64,000 bases of DNA from NCBI RefSeq assembly GCF_035084215.1, contig NC_090332.1, forward strand, positions 80,910,001-80,974,000. Reading direction: 5' to 3'. Origin of the DNA: Heptranchias perlo (Eukaryota). Positions 1 to 12,879 of this stretch are shown here, one piece after another. The position numbers and the translations under genes were made by a program. The notes beneath the pieces are model-generated. The model did no database searches and had not been told where the DNA came from. It worked only from the letters and a program-made list of their open reading frames with translations. Position 1 is the first letter of the stretch, and each line of letters starts with the position of its first letter.

Positions 1-2
1 GG

Positions 3-698
3 AGACTAACACGGGACGCAACCAACAGAGTACCCTTTGTCGTCCAGTACTTCCCCGGCGCGGAGAAACTACGCCATGTTCTCCGCAGCCTTCAACATGT
101 CATCAATGAGGACAAACACCTCGCTATGGCCATCCCCACACCTCCACTACTCGCCTTTAAACAGCCACCCAACCTCAAACAGACCATCGTTCGCAGCAAA
201 TTACCTAGCTTTCAAGAGAACAGCGTCCACGACACCACACAACCCTGCCACGGTAACCTCTGCAAGACATGCCAGATCATCGACACAGATACCACCATCA
301 CACGAGAGGACACCACCCACCAGGTGCATGGTTCATACTCCTGTGACTCGGCCAACGTTGTCTACCTCATACGTTGCAGGAAAGGATGCCCCAGAGCATG
401 GTACATTGGCGAGACCATGCAGACGCTGCGACAACGGATGAACGGACACCGCGCAACAATCGCCAAACAGGAGGGTTCCCTCCCAGTCGGGGAACACTTC
501 AGCAGTCATGGACATTCATCCACCGACCTTCGGGTAAGCGTACTCCAAGGCGGCCTTCGAGACACACGACAACGCAAAATCGTCGAGCAGAAATTGATAG
601 CCAAGTTCCGCACCCATGAGGACGGCCTCAACCGGGATCTTGGGTTCATGTCACGCTACACGTTACCCCACCAGCGAACAAATGTTATCTGTTTTTGA
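3..698 (+). CDS. Penelope ORF C-terminus: RT thumb/linker, Cys-rich linker and GIY-YIG endonuclease (5'-partial, open to window edge)
   Basis: Frame open from nt 3 (RVPFVVQYFPG...). Contains AFKQPPNLKQTIVRS, PCHGNLCKTC, NVVYLIRC...WYIGET...RMNGH and GLNRDLG, typical of PLE GIY-YIG domains. Confidence 0.85.
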   Translation, partial: RLTRDATNRVPFVVQYFPGAEKLRHVLRSLQHVINEDKHLAMAIPTPPLLAFKQPPNLKQTIVRSKLPSFQENSVHDTTQPCHGNLCKTCQIIDTDTTITREDTTHQVHGSYSCDSANVVYLIRCRKGCPRAWYIGETMQTLRQRMNGHRATIAKQEGSLPVGEHFSSHGHSSTDLRVSVLQGGLRDTRQRKIVEQKLIAKFRTHEDGLNRDLGFMSRYTLPHQRTNVICF

Positions 699-926
699 TA
701 TAATGGGTCATTTGCTGGCTTTCTCTGCCTTCCGGATGTTTCTGCCTCTCTCTGTTTTTTTTCCTGTTTGTTTTTTTGTTGAATGTGTATTCGGGGGTTC
801 TGCAGGTGACACCTCTCTGTCTGAACACGGTGATTGCCTTGGCAACGGGCAGTTGCAGGGGCAGTCTGTAAACACCATGTATTGTTCTATATGTATAAAT
901 GCGTAGGCTTCAAGGAGCTCCTGAAC

Positions 927-967
927 ATTTACCTGAGGAAGGAGGAAGTCTCCGAAAGCTTGTGAAT
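927..967 (+). ncRNA. Minimal type I hammerhead ribozyme motif
   Basis: ATTTAC (stem I) CTGAGGA A GGAG-GAAGT-CTCC (stem II) GAA AGCT (palindromic stem III) T GTGAAT (stem I'). Confidence 0.8.
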
Positions 968-2109
968 TTAAAATAAAATTGCTGGACTATAACTTGGTGT
1001 TGTAAAATTGTTTACAATTGAATATTTAGGGCCGTTTAACCTCCACCACTCATAAAACAGCTCAGTCTAGAAGATGACCAAGGAATATTCACGCTCTGTT
1101 TGCTTTTGAAAAACAAGTGCAGTCTTGCAGTAACATGGTTTGGTACTCATTTTGTACTACAAGTTCTGGAATAATAAAAGTATAAAATCAAGTGTCGGTC
1201 ATTTCCCGTTGGGATCATTACCGCGATGTGAGTAACGGAGGATGAAGATTCCCTCCGTCCGTTTTAAAAATGTTCTTGGTTATGCCAGCCACCACGTAGA
1301 GCGGGCAAATTATGTTGAAGTTAATGGAGTTAAAGTCAGGAGAAAAATACTACGGGCGGCTGAATCGATATTTCCTGTTTTACACTATCGCCCAAAGTCA
1401 AAATTACCCCTATTGGGTGTATAAGGTCACACTATGGTTTGTTATGAGCAATGGCTTGCTTACAGGAGTGGTCCCTTCTGCTGAACAGCCTTTGGTGATG
1501 GTGCTCAATGCAGTTCCTATGCTTTGCCTACAGTTGGCACAGTGGAGGACTGCTAAATTGCTCAATGCAATGCTACTCAGTGGAACACTGTCAACTGGAT
1601 CACTTTGACTGAATCCCAACAGTATGACTCACAATCTAACAGTATTGCATCAATTATGTACCAGGCACATTAACAGGCAAATGAAGGTCAAATAATTGTC
1701 AAGCTCTAACTACGTGCTGTAACCAAGTATCTGTTTGTCATTGCTTTTGTTAGTTAGTTCTGTAACTATTACAATTGAAAACCACAAATGCCACTAGGAT
1801 TTCCTTAACTCTTCACACAAAGAGTCATACTTTGGGACAGGACCCTGCAGGTTTGCAATTACCATAGAACTAAAGAAGATTACAGCATTTTTACATATTG
1901 TTTATGGTAGATATTAAAATGTTATTGAAAGAAGTGATAATGACTGGGATCCTGCCTACAATTGGGCAATACAGCAGGTGAGGTGGAACAGGCTCGAGGG
2001 GCTGAATGGCCTGCTCCTGTTCCTATGTTCCTATGAGGCCTATCACCGGTGTGTATTCCCCCCACCCCCGCGCCCCGCCCACCGCTGGCCTCTCCTCCCC
2101 TGGCTGCGG

Positions 2110-2560
2110 CATCCAAAACTCCACTGCCCATATTCTATTGTGCACCAAGTCCCGCTTGTCCATCACCCTTATGCTCACTGAACTTATATTTACTTCCAGC
2201 CCCACATTTCAAATTTAAAATTCTCATCTTTTTGTTTAAACCTCTCCATGGCCTCACCCCTCCCTATCACTGTAATCTCACCCAGCCCTATAATACCCTC
2301 CCTCCTCCTCCACAAACTCTTGGTTCCTCTAACACTGGCCTCTTCTGGACCCCCCCTCACTGTTGGTGACTGTGCTCTCCTAGACCTCCCCACCTCCCCC
2401 TCCTTCCTTAAGACCCTCCTTAAAACCCAGCTCTTTGACCAAGCTTTTCATCACTCCTAATCTTGCCTTCCTCGGTTAAGCGTCTGTTATTCTTTATGCC
2501 CATGTGAAGTGCTTTGCACGTTTTCTATGTTAGTGGCTTTATATAAATGTAAGTTGTCAT
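2110..2560 (+). mobile_element. L2 LINE 3' fragment, degenerate
   Basis: ITLMLTEL...FKILIFLFKPLHGLTPPY matches the L2 ORF2 C-terminus; tail tatataaatgtaagttgt. Confidence 0.7.
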
Positions 2561-3159
2561 ACTGAACAGTGAATGCTGGAAACAATGAAACAAATCATGT
2601 AGCACCTTTGGAGAGAACAGGGGAGTTAACGTTTTGAGTATGGACCCTTTGAAATTAAAATCAGAGCCCCCTTTGAGCAAATTCATGATAGTCTATCAGA
2701 TGTCTTCTTAATCTTCTTTGTTCTAATGAAAAGAGTCCCAATTTCTTTGGTCTCTCCTCAAAACTAAAGCCTCTCATTCCTTTTATCATCGTGGTGAATC
2801 TCTTCTGCAGCTTCTCCATGGCCAGGACGTCCTTTTTATTCCTTCTCTGGATGTGGACATCACTGGTAAGGCCAGCATTTATTACCCATCCCTAGTTGCC
2901 CTTGAGAAGGTGGTGGTGAGCCTTCTTCTTGAACCACTGCAGTCCATGTGGTGAAGGTGCTCCTATAGTGCTGTTAAGTAGGGAGTTCCAGGATTTTGAC
3001 AATGAATGCTCTTCTTCTGCTTCCTGCCCTTCCCTATAACTTATTTGTAGCAGGACTTTATTTTCCAAGGCTTCTCAATTTCTTGAAATTGTTGGCCTGC
3101 CCCTTTAAACAGGTGCAGTGACTGAAACATTCCAACTGCATAGGTAGAAAGAGAGATGA

Positions 3160-6100
3160 GGTCCTGCAGGCAGATTTTAAGGAGTTGGAAAGAGATTAAC
3201 AAACAGGACCTCAAAGGTAGCAATCTCTGGATTACTCCCGATGCCAGGTGCTAGCGAGTATAGAAATAGGAGGATAGAGCAGATGAATGTGTGGCTGGAG
3301 AGATAGTGCAGGAGGGAGGGCTTTAGTTTCCTGGGGCATTGCAACCAGTTCTGAGGGAGGGGACCTGTACAGGCCGGACGGGTTGCACCTCAACGGAGCT
3401 GGGACCAATGTCCTCACGGGGAGGTTCGCTAGTGCTGTGGGTGGTGGGGTTTAAACTAATTTGGCAGGGGGATGGGCACCAGGATGTAGCATTGGAAAGG
3501 AGAAAAAAGGTGTACAAAGGATTGGGAGAGAAAGATAGCACTAGAATAAGAAATAGTACAGTATTAGGTAGGATCAGACTAAGAGAGAGTAAAAGAAAGT
3601 CTAAGATTGGTTTACAGTGCACGTGTGTAAACTCACAAAGCATGGTAAACAAGGTTGGTGAGCTGCAGGCGCAAATAACCACATGGCAATATGATATCAT
3701 GGCGATAACGGAGACCTGGCTCAAAAAAGGACAGGATTGGGTACTAAATATTCCTGGATACAAGGTGTTCAGGAAAGATAGGGAAGGAAAGAAAGGAGGG
3801 GGAGGGTGGCAATATTGATTAAGGAGATTATTGCAGTGCTGGAGAGAAAGGATGTCCTTGAGGGGTCAAGGACAGAATCTATTTGGTTAGAGTTGAGAAA
3901 TAATAGAGGTGCCATTAAACTACTGGGTGTATTCTATAGGCCACCAACTAGTGGGAAGAATATAGAGGAGCAAATTTGCAGGGAAATTACAGAGAGGTGC
4001 AAAAGCCATAGAGTAGTGATAATGGGGGACTTCAACTATCCTAATATAGACTGATATATATCGACTAATATATAGACTGATATTGACTAATATATATCCT
4101 AATATATAAGTGGCAAAGAGGGGGAGGAATTTTTCAAGTGTGTTCAGGAGATCTTTCTTGACCAGTATGCTTCCAGCCCAATAAGGAAGGAGGCATTGCT
4201 GGATTTGGTTCTGGGGAATGAGGTGGGCCAAGTGGAGCAAGTGTCAGTGGGGGAACATTTAAGTAACAGCGATCATAGTATCATAAGGTTTAGAATAGCT
4301 ATGGAAAAGGACATGAATCATTCTAAAGTAAAAATACTCAATTGGAGGAGGGCCAATTTCAGTGGGATGAGAACAGATCTGGCCCGGGTAAATTGGAATC
4401 AAAGGTTGCCAGGCAAAGCTGTAATTGAACAATGGGCGGCCTTTAAGGACAAGATGGTTCGGGTACAGTCTGGGTACATTCCCACGAGGAAGAAAGGTAG
4501 GGCAACTAAAGCCAGAGCTCCCTGGATAACAAAAGAGATGGAGAGTAAGATAAAGCAGAAAAAGGGGTGTATGACAGATGTCAAGTTGATAGCAGAAGTG
4601 AGAACCAGGCTGAATATAGAAAGTTCAGAGGGGAAATGATAAAGGAAATAAGAGGGGCAAAGAGAGAGTATGAGAATAGATTGGTGGCCAACATGAAAGG
4701 GAATCGAAAAATCTTCTATAGACATGTAAACAGTAAACGGGTAGTAAGAAGAGGTGTGGGGCCGATTAGGGACCAAAAAGGAGATCTACTCATGGAGGCA
4801 GAGGGCATGGCCAAGGTACTAAATGAGTGCTTTGCATTTGTCTTTAGCAAGGAAGAAGATGCTGACAGAGTCTCAATAAAGGAAGATGTAAGTGAGATAC
4901 TGGATGGGCTAAAAATTGATAAAGAGAAGGTACTAGAAAGGTTGGCTGTACTTAAAGTGGATAAGTCATCTGGTCCGGATGGGATGCATCCTAGGTTGCT
5001 GAGAGAAGTAAGGGTGGAAATTGTGGAGGTACTGGCCATAATCTTCCAAACATCCTTAGATATGGGGGTGGTACCAGAGGACTGGAAAATTGCAAATGTT
5101 ACACCCTTGTTCTAAAAACGGTGTAAGGATAAACCCAATAACTATAGGCCAGTCAGTTTAACCTCGGCGGTGGGGAAACTTTTAGAAACTATAATCCGGG
5201 ACAGAATTAGCAGTCACTTGGACAAGTGTGGATTGATTAGGGAAAGCCAGCACGGATTTGTTAAAAGCAAATCGCGTTTAACCAACTTGATAGAGTTTTT
5301 TAATGACATAACAGAGAGGGTAGATGAGGGCAATGCAGTTGATGTGGCGTATACGGACTTTCAAAAGGCATTTGCTAAAGTGCTGCATAATAGGCTTGTC
5401 ATCAAGATTGAAGCCCATGGAATAAAAGGGGCAGTAGCAGCATGGATACAGAATTGGCTTAGTGGCAGGAAACAGGGAGTAGTGGTGAACGGTTGCTTTT
5501 CAGACTGGGGGGAGGAGTACAGTGGTGTTTCCCAGGGGTCGGTACTAGGACCACTGCTTTTCTTGATATATATTAATGACTTGGACTTGGGTGTACAGGG
5601 CACAATTTCCAAATTTGCGGATGACACAAAACTTGGAAGTGTAGTGAACAGTGAGGAGGATAGTAATAGACTTCAAGAGGATATAGACAGGCTGGTGGCA
5701 TAGGCGGACACATGGCAGATGAAATTTAACGCAGAAAAATGCGAGGTGATGCATTTCGGTAGGAAGAATGAGGAGAGGCAATATAAACTAAAGGGCACAA
5801 TTCTAAAAGGGGTACAGGAACAGAGAGACCTGGGGGTATATGTACACAATTCAGTGAGGAAGCGGTTAAAAATGTTGATAGCAGAAGTGAGAACCAGGCT
5901 GAATATAGAAAGTTCAGAGGGGGAATGAAAAAGGAAATAAGAGGGGCAAAGAGAGAGTATGAGAATAGACTGGTGGCCAACATGAAAGGGAATCGAAAAG
6001 TCTTCTATAGACATGTAAACAGTAAACGGGTAGTAAGAGGAGGGGTGGAGAAAGTGATTAAAAAAGTATACGGGATCCTGGGCTTTATAAATAGAGGCAT

Positions 6101-6680
6101 AAAGTACAAAAGCAAGGAAGTCATGATGAACCTTTATAAAACAGTGGTTCAGTTCTGGGCACCGCACTTTAGGAAGCATGTAAAGGCCTCAGAGAGGGTG
6201 CAGAAGAGATTTACTCGATTGATTCCAGGGATGAGTGATTTTAGTTACGTGGATGGATTGGAGAAGCTGGGGTTGTTCTCTTTGGAACAGAGAAGGTTGA
6301 GAGGAGATTTGATAGAGGTATTCAAAATCATGAAGGGTCTAGACAGAGTAGATAGAGAGATACTGTTCCCATTGGTGGAAGGGTCAAGAACCAGAGGACA
6401 TAGATTTAAGATGATTGCAAAAGAACCAAAGGAGATATGAGGAAAAACTTTTTTACACAGTGAGTAGTTAGGATCTGGAATGTACTGCCAGAGTGGGTGG
6501 TTGAGGCAAATTCAATCAATGCCTTCAAAAGGGAACTGGATAAATACTTGAACGGAATAAATTTGCAGGGCTATGGTGATAGGCCAGGGGAGTGGAACTA
6601 GCAAGAGTGCTCTTGCATGGAGCTGGACTCAATGGGCCAAATGGCCTCCTTCTGTGCTGTAACCTTTCTATGATTCTATG
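3160..6680 (+). mobile_element. CR1 LINE: ORF1 esterase tail, near-complete disrupted ORF2 (APE endonuclease + RT) and 3' UTR
   Basis: ORF1 SGNH-like DLYRPDGLHLN; EN motifs DIMAITETWL, GVFYRPP, MGDFNYP, SDH; RT motifs QHGF, QGSVLGP, FADD; (TTCTATGA)n tail. Multiple stops and frameshifts. Confidence 0.95.
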
Positions 6681-8094
6681 CACAGGATATCCTGCACTCA
6701 CACAGTGACAGACTCCCAATGGAAGTTATACATAGCGCTGGGAACCCATCCTGAATATTTAATTGGCCCTAACTGGGACGGGGGTACAGTGGTGGCCAGA
6801 AATCCCATTCTCACTCCAATTTCAGCAGAAACCCCACCGATGAGGAAAATCCAGGTCCTTTTCGTTTGACTGGTTCACAATATTTTCTCGGTACACAGTT
6901 CAGTGGTACTGCTGGGCCTAACTTTTTTTTCCAAGAGCTTTATATATAAAAAAATATATGTTATCATTTACAGAATGTTTGGTAAAAGGAGAAATTAAAA
7001 AGGCAAAAAATAAAATCGGACTTAAAAAAGACTTTTTTACAAATCAGCATTTCGTTGCAAACAAATTTTCAGCCGAGGCAAAAACTCCTGATGTAAGCTG
7101 TTAAATAACAGCAATAGCAAGCCTGATAATAGAGCATCAAGTGTGATAGTTTGCAAATTATTAAAACACTTAAGCATTATGTAACTTTGATTACAGGCAG
7201 CCAAAAAGCCCTTGGTAACTGCAACCAGATGCCACCAATAGTCTTTGGGATGACTTCCTCAATTGTCTTTAGAGCAGATTACCAAAAGGTCTCAGTTTCA
7301 ACAGCAATTTATATCTGATCCATTATTCACTTAACACTTTGTAACATTATATGGGTACTTGCCTCTACTGTCAAGCTCTTTGCTGTATGTCCCGCATATG
7401 AGCAACGGATGTTGATCTAGCCAAATCAAATTGATTTCCACAGAGAAAAAAGTTAAAATGGTGAAATGTTTCAAACAGTAACACTGGGTGCAATGGTGTG
7501 AATATTTGGCTGTGTAATTAATATAGAAGGGATATCACATATATTCAAAACAAACAAAATATGAGAACAGCTTCAAACCATTGATATAGCTTAATCATCC
7601 TAGAAAATGTAGTTACTGATATTTTGAATATTTGGGGGTTTTAAGGACGCCGTACTAAGTCATCCCAATACAAGTAACTTAACAAAATACATTTTTACAT
7701 ACTTTTGATTTATATTATTGTAAATTTACACATCTGAGACCAATAGCTGCAGGGCAGGTTCCAGTCAGGCAGAACAGTGTTTACATTGCCTGGCTCCTGC
7801 CTGGCTAGTACTGTCTTGCCCAGGAAAGAACTGTGTGCATGTCTGGCTACAGCATAGACAGAGCCCTCTTCCCAACATTTAAACATTTATATATGTTTAA
7901 AAAATAGGCAGAGGGAATCCCTGCTCTCTAAATGTTTACAGTGAGGTTAGGTGGGTTTACAAAGGGCCCCACAGGTTGACTGGACCCCCCTGAGCACTTT
8001 ATAAATCAGGTTTGGCACGACACTGGGTTTACAGTTCATGCGATGTCGAACCAAAATGGTGTGAGACTATTGCCCCGAAGGTGTTGCACTTTCC

Positions 8095-8813
8095 TGTGCT
8101 ACGAGCCATGATGGGAACCCAGCCCACCCCTAGATATTTGTTTGGGGAGCCCGGAAGCCAAATGAGTGCATCGCAATCTGCGATCGCAACTCAATTGAAG
8201 GTGAGTATTTGCGTTTTCGGGGGCTTGCTGGCAGCCTGTCGGCCGCGAATCAGAGAAGGGGGGCTGGAAGGAGAGAGAGATCGTGGGCCCTGGAACAAAT
8301 TGGAGGGTGGGGGGGGGGCGTGGATCGGGGGGTCCAGCATCAGGGGTCGGGGTGGGGTGGGGTGTGGTTCGGATGATCACGGGGTCATGTCGCGCCCGGT
8401 GTGCTTGTCGGGCCTGGATGAATCACTCCTGCTCCTCCGGACCCACAAGCAGTGCAATAAAGACACTCACCTCGTGGATCCGGCCGTTCCCACCTGCTTT
8501 CACCTGACATGAATCGGAAGCGATGGGAAACCCGAACAGGTAAGGTTAAATTCATTTTACTTTTGGAATACGCAAAAACTTACGTACCTCAACTATCTCA
8601 ACGAGGTACATTGCCCCTTTAAGTATCGGCCCACCGGCTTTAAGTGGGGGCGGGACTTCTGGGTGTCTGTTGTGCGCGCACATCCAAATGCGCCTGGGCC
8701 AAATCCGGAAGTGGGCGTGTTGGAGCCGGGATGCGGTCCCTCTCCAAAAAGCTATTATATTAACCTCCAACCTACCCCCAACCCACCCATTCTTGGGGGT
8801 TAAAATTACCCCC
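8095..8813. mobile_element. Harbinger-type MITE, partial
   Basis: Ends in ...GGGGGTTAAAATTACCCCC, matching the TIR of the 43404 element; reverse-complement similarity to 11295-12580. Confidence 0.65.
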
Positions 8814-9394
8814 ATGATATCCATCGGCTCTGATTGTGATGTACACTGCCAGTGCGAAGCTGAAATCGCTTTGCTCCAAGGCTAAACTAGCAGTGTAAAT
8901 GCATCCTTAAAGATCATGTAGAAAGTAAGAGGGACAAACCGATGTGGGCTCAATTTAACCCAAACCAACTTAAGTCCATCAAAAGTCACCCCACCCCTCT
9001 CCCCACTATGTTCTGCTCTCTTGTCTTCCCCCTGTGCACCATTCCTTGGCCAGAGTGGGACCATGCTAAATATCAGAACCATGCTCTAGACCCCAGACTA
9101 CATGTGAGCAATATCACAAGAGATCGTCTCGCACCTGTTTCTCCTACATTACACCATTGACTACACCTCAAAAGTATTTTGGCGTCCTGAGGTCATGATA
9201 GGCTCTATATAAATGCAAGTCCCTTTCCCCTCCTTAATAAGAATGAATATAGTTTTTATAGACACGCCCAAGGAATCACAGATACACCTTTAATGACAGC
9301 TAGTGAGCAGGTAGGAATTGCTTGCATTTACACCAGGCCTCATCATATTGTTGAAACATCACAAAACACCTCACACTGACAATTGTTATGTCGG

Positions 9395-9645
9395 CAAACA
9401 CAGAGCTATTTTGCACCAGCAACACCCCACAGACAGCAATGAGATGAATAGCCACTTAATCTGTTCTTGATTAAAGGAGGAATATTGATCAGGAATACAG
9501 GAATACTCCCTGCTTTTCTTTAAATAGTACCATGGGACCTTTCACATTTACTGGAACACAGATGGGACTTTGATTTAATGCCTCGTTCAAAGGATGGCAC
9601 TTCTGACAATACAGCACTCCACTGGAGTATCAGCCTTGATTATGT
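9395..9645 (-). mobile_element. Deu-domain SINE fragment, old
   Basis: Degenerate match to the Deu-core copies at 21.0, 30.1 and 42.3/46.3 kb. Confidence 0.6.
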
Positions 9646-9654
9646 ACTTAAATT

Positions 9655-10058
9655 TTTTTTTTTTTATTCGTTCACGGGATGTGGGCGTCGCTGGCGAGGC
9701 CAGCATTTATTACCCATCCCTAATTGCCCTCGAGAAGGTGGTGGTGAGGCCATTTCAGAGGGCAATTAAGAATCAACCACATTGCTGTGGGTCTGGAGTC
9801 ACATATAGGCCAGACCAGGTAAGGATGGCAGGTTTCCTTCCCTAAAGGACATCAGTGAACCAGATGGGTTTTTACGACAATCCGGTAGTTTCATGGCCAT
9901 CATTACTGATACTAGTATTTTAATTCCAGATTTTATTTAATTAATTGAATTTTTAAATTTGCCAGCTGCCGTGGTGGGATTTGAACTCATGACTCTGGAT
10001 TTTAGTCCAGGCCTCTGGATTACTAGCCCAGTAACATAACCACTATGCTACCGTCCCC
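9655..10058 (-). mobile_element. tRNA-derived SINE
   Basis: Minus strand shows A box TAGTGGTTA, B box GAGTTCAAATCC and tail GCGACGCCCACATCCCGTGAACGAATAAAAAA; same family as 11713-12134. Confidence 0.8.
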
Positions 10059-10499
10059 TTAAATGCCAACTGAGCTCCTATAACAGTGTTCTCACCAGAG
10101 TGGTTTTCATTAGCAAAGAAAATAATGGGGCGTATAAAGGAGTTTCCCCAAATGATAATGATGGTGGCTGTGCTCAACACATCATCTAATTGCTTTTATT
10201 AGTTTCATGATGGTACCATCTGCCTCTAAGGGCAGGATAATGGAACTATGTGGACAGCCTTTTCAGAGAACAGTACAGGTGCAATGAGCTAAATGACCAC
10301 CTTCTGAGTCATTACACATCCCTGATTCTATAATCCATCTGGCGACTGCTTCTTCTGTTACCATTCTGATAGTGGATTGAGCGCTGTCTACTACATGAGA
10401 TTTTGTTGCTGCTTCCACTGTGTTTTCCATCAAAATGGCATAGGCGCTCCGTCTCTATTGATGTCTCCCTGTGAGTTCTGCCTTTTCATTCTCCATAGA

Positions 10500-10835
10500 A
10501 GTTTACAGCGCAGAATGAGGGTGTTCAGCCCATCATGTCTATGCCGGCTAAGAGCAATCCAACCCTAATTCCACTGCACTGCTCTGTTCTGTCTAGTCCT
10601 GTAAGCATCCTCTACTTCAAGTGTTTATCCAATGTTCCCTTAAAATATGTAATGGCATCTACCTCAACTAGGTCCTGTGGAAAGCATCCAATGCTCAGAT
10701 AAATCTCTGCGTAAAGAAAATTCTCCAGCCACTCGTCTTAGTCTCATAGCGACAATTTAGACATTGATCGCCTCTCATCACTGACTCCCAACCAAAACAA
10801 GTAGCCTTTGCCTATTAAACCTACCAAAACTCTTC
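10500..10835 (-). mobile_element. CR1 3' fragment, old
   Basis: Degenerate match to the CR1 3' ends elsewhere in the window. Confidence 0.55.
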
Positions 10836-10837
10836 AT

Positions 10838-12686
10838 GGCTGAGAAATTCCGTGGTTTGTACACTCCAGCACTGACCGTTGCCTGAGTTTGCAGGGTCAG
10901 TGGGAGGTGACTTCACTTGCATGGGCCAGTGGGTGGAAATGCCACTTTAGATACTTCTTTGGAACCTAGCTGCCACACGCACCAGGAAACTTAGGTGATC
11001 GCTTGCCTGTGAGGGGGTGTGGAGGGGCATTGGTCGCCCAGACCTCCGCTGATGCTGGCATGGCTCCGATTGCCCCTCAAGTTAGGGAGCTGAACCAAGA
11101 AGTAATTTTTTAAAAATAAAAATTCTCCTCTTTGGGGTCCTTGCCAGGAAACAGCGGGTCCTCACTCAGGGTCATTTACTGTTTAGAGAGTCCCCCTCCC
11201 TGTCCCTACCCCTTCATTTGCCTTGTAGTGGACAGCCAGAAGTTCTGCCTCTTAAAAGACAATGCAGAAACTGGCAGAAATGGCAGAGACCAGGCGGATA
11301 ATTTTAACCCCCAAGAACGGGTGGGTTGGGGGTGAGTGGGCAGTAAACATAGTCGATTTTTGGAGTGGGACCGCATCCCGACTCCAACGCGTCCACTTCC
11401 GGGTTTAACCCAGGTGCGTTTGGATGCGCGCACAACAAAAACTCGGAAATCCAGTCCCCACTTAAAGCAGGTGGGCCGATATTTAAAAGGGCAATGTACC
11501 TCATTGCAATACCGAGGCACTGAATTTTTCGTGTATTAAAAATGTCAAATAAATTTAACCGTACCTGTTCGGGTTTCCCATCGCTTCCAATTCACGTCAG
11601 ATGAAAGCAAGCGGGAAGGGCCGGATCCATTGCACTGCCAGTGGCCCGGAGATGGGGGCGGGGGTGGTCACTCAGACCGCCGCTGACACTGGCCACAGCT
11701 CCAATTACATTACATAGTGGTTATGTTACTGGACTAGTAATCCAGAGGCCTGGATAAATAATCCAGAGACATGAGTTCAAATCCTGCTACGGCAGCTGGG
11801 GAATTTAAATTCAGTTAATTAAAATAAAAAAATCTGAAATAAAAAGCGAGTATCAGTGATTGTGACCATGAAACTACCGGATTGTCGGGAAATCCCATCT
11901 GGTTCACTAATGTCCTTTAGGGAAGGAAACCTGCCGTCCTTACCCGGTCTGGCCTATATGTGACTCCAGACCCACAGTAATGTGTTTGATTCTTAACTGC
12001 CCTCAGAAATGGCCTAGCAAGCCACTCAGTTGCCAAGAAGGCGACTCACCACCACCTCTGAAGGGCAATTAGGGATGGGCAATAAATGTTGGCCTTGCCA
12101 GCGACGCCCACATCTCACGAATGAATAAAAAAAAGGAGCAGGAGTGATTCATTCAGGCCCAACAAGCTCGCCTGGCATGATCTGACCCCCGTGATCGGCG
12201 TACCCCCTCAATGCTGGACTCCCCACCCCCCCCCCGATTCTGGACACCCCCCCACCAATGCTGGACCCGCCCCCCCCCCCGACGCTGGACCCCCTTCCCA
12301 CCAATGGTGGACCCTCCTTTATTTTTCTCCAAGGCCCACCCGACATCGTCCACGTTCCCCCACCTCCCCCCAACCCTCCGATTTCTTCCATGGCCCACAA
12401 TCTCTCTCTCCCTCCCTCCCCCCACTCCGACTCACGGCTCCTTTCCCTTCCGTTCCACGTGGGAAACCCAGACGCACAAATACTCACCTTTAATTGAGTT
12501 GCGATTACAGATTGCGCGCACTCATTCAGCTTCCAGGTTCCCCACGTGAATATCTACAGATGTGCTGGGTTCCCAGCTGCGAGCTAAAGTCATTCCAAAG
12601 GTCTTCCTTCTTTCCCTGGGGATTCTGCTAGTCCCACCAAAGTTAAGGCAAGAGACTGGCAGAACCTCGGCGAAATTTCAAGGCCA
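10838..12686. mobile_element. Nested Harbinger-type MITEs (outer element plus inner 11295-12580) interrupted by a SINE
   Basis: Outer ends GGCTGAGAAATT...AATTTCAAGGCC; the inner element starts with the ATTTTAACCCCCAAGAACGGGTGGG TIR motif. Confidence 0.55.
11713..12134 (+). mobile_element. tRNA-derived SINE
   Basis: CATAGTGGTTA A box, GAGTTCAAATCC B box, 3' tail ...GCGACGCCCACATCTCACGAATGAATAAAAAAAA. Confidence 0.8.
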
Positions 12687-12879
12687 GGAATTTTAAAAAA
12701 CTTCTAATAAATCTCCACCTAGCCTTCTCCGTTCCAGTGGAAATTGTCCCAGTATCTCAAGTGTCTCCTCATCATTATAGGTTCTCATCTCTGGTATCAG
12801 CCTGTTGAATCTATGCTGCACGTTCCCTTCAACTACCAATAATATAATCATCTATAATTAGGGGTGTTTATGGTTAACA

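Larger units (their letters stand above)
1..1020 (+). mobile_element. Penelope-like retroelement, 3' part (GIY-YIG ORF end, 3' region with hammerhead)
   Basis: GIY-YIG ORF followed by a hammerhead core and the terminal motif GGACTATAAC(T/C)TGGTGTTGT, which recurs at ~17.7, 32.9 and 53.8 kb. Confidence 0.9.

Noticed and set aside
11713-11790. tRNA gene
   Set aside because: A and B boxes are present but there is no full cloverleaf, and the sequence continues into a SINE body repeated at 9655-10058.
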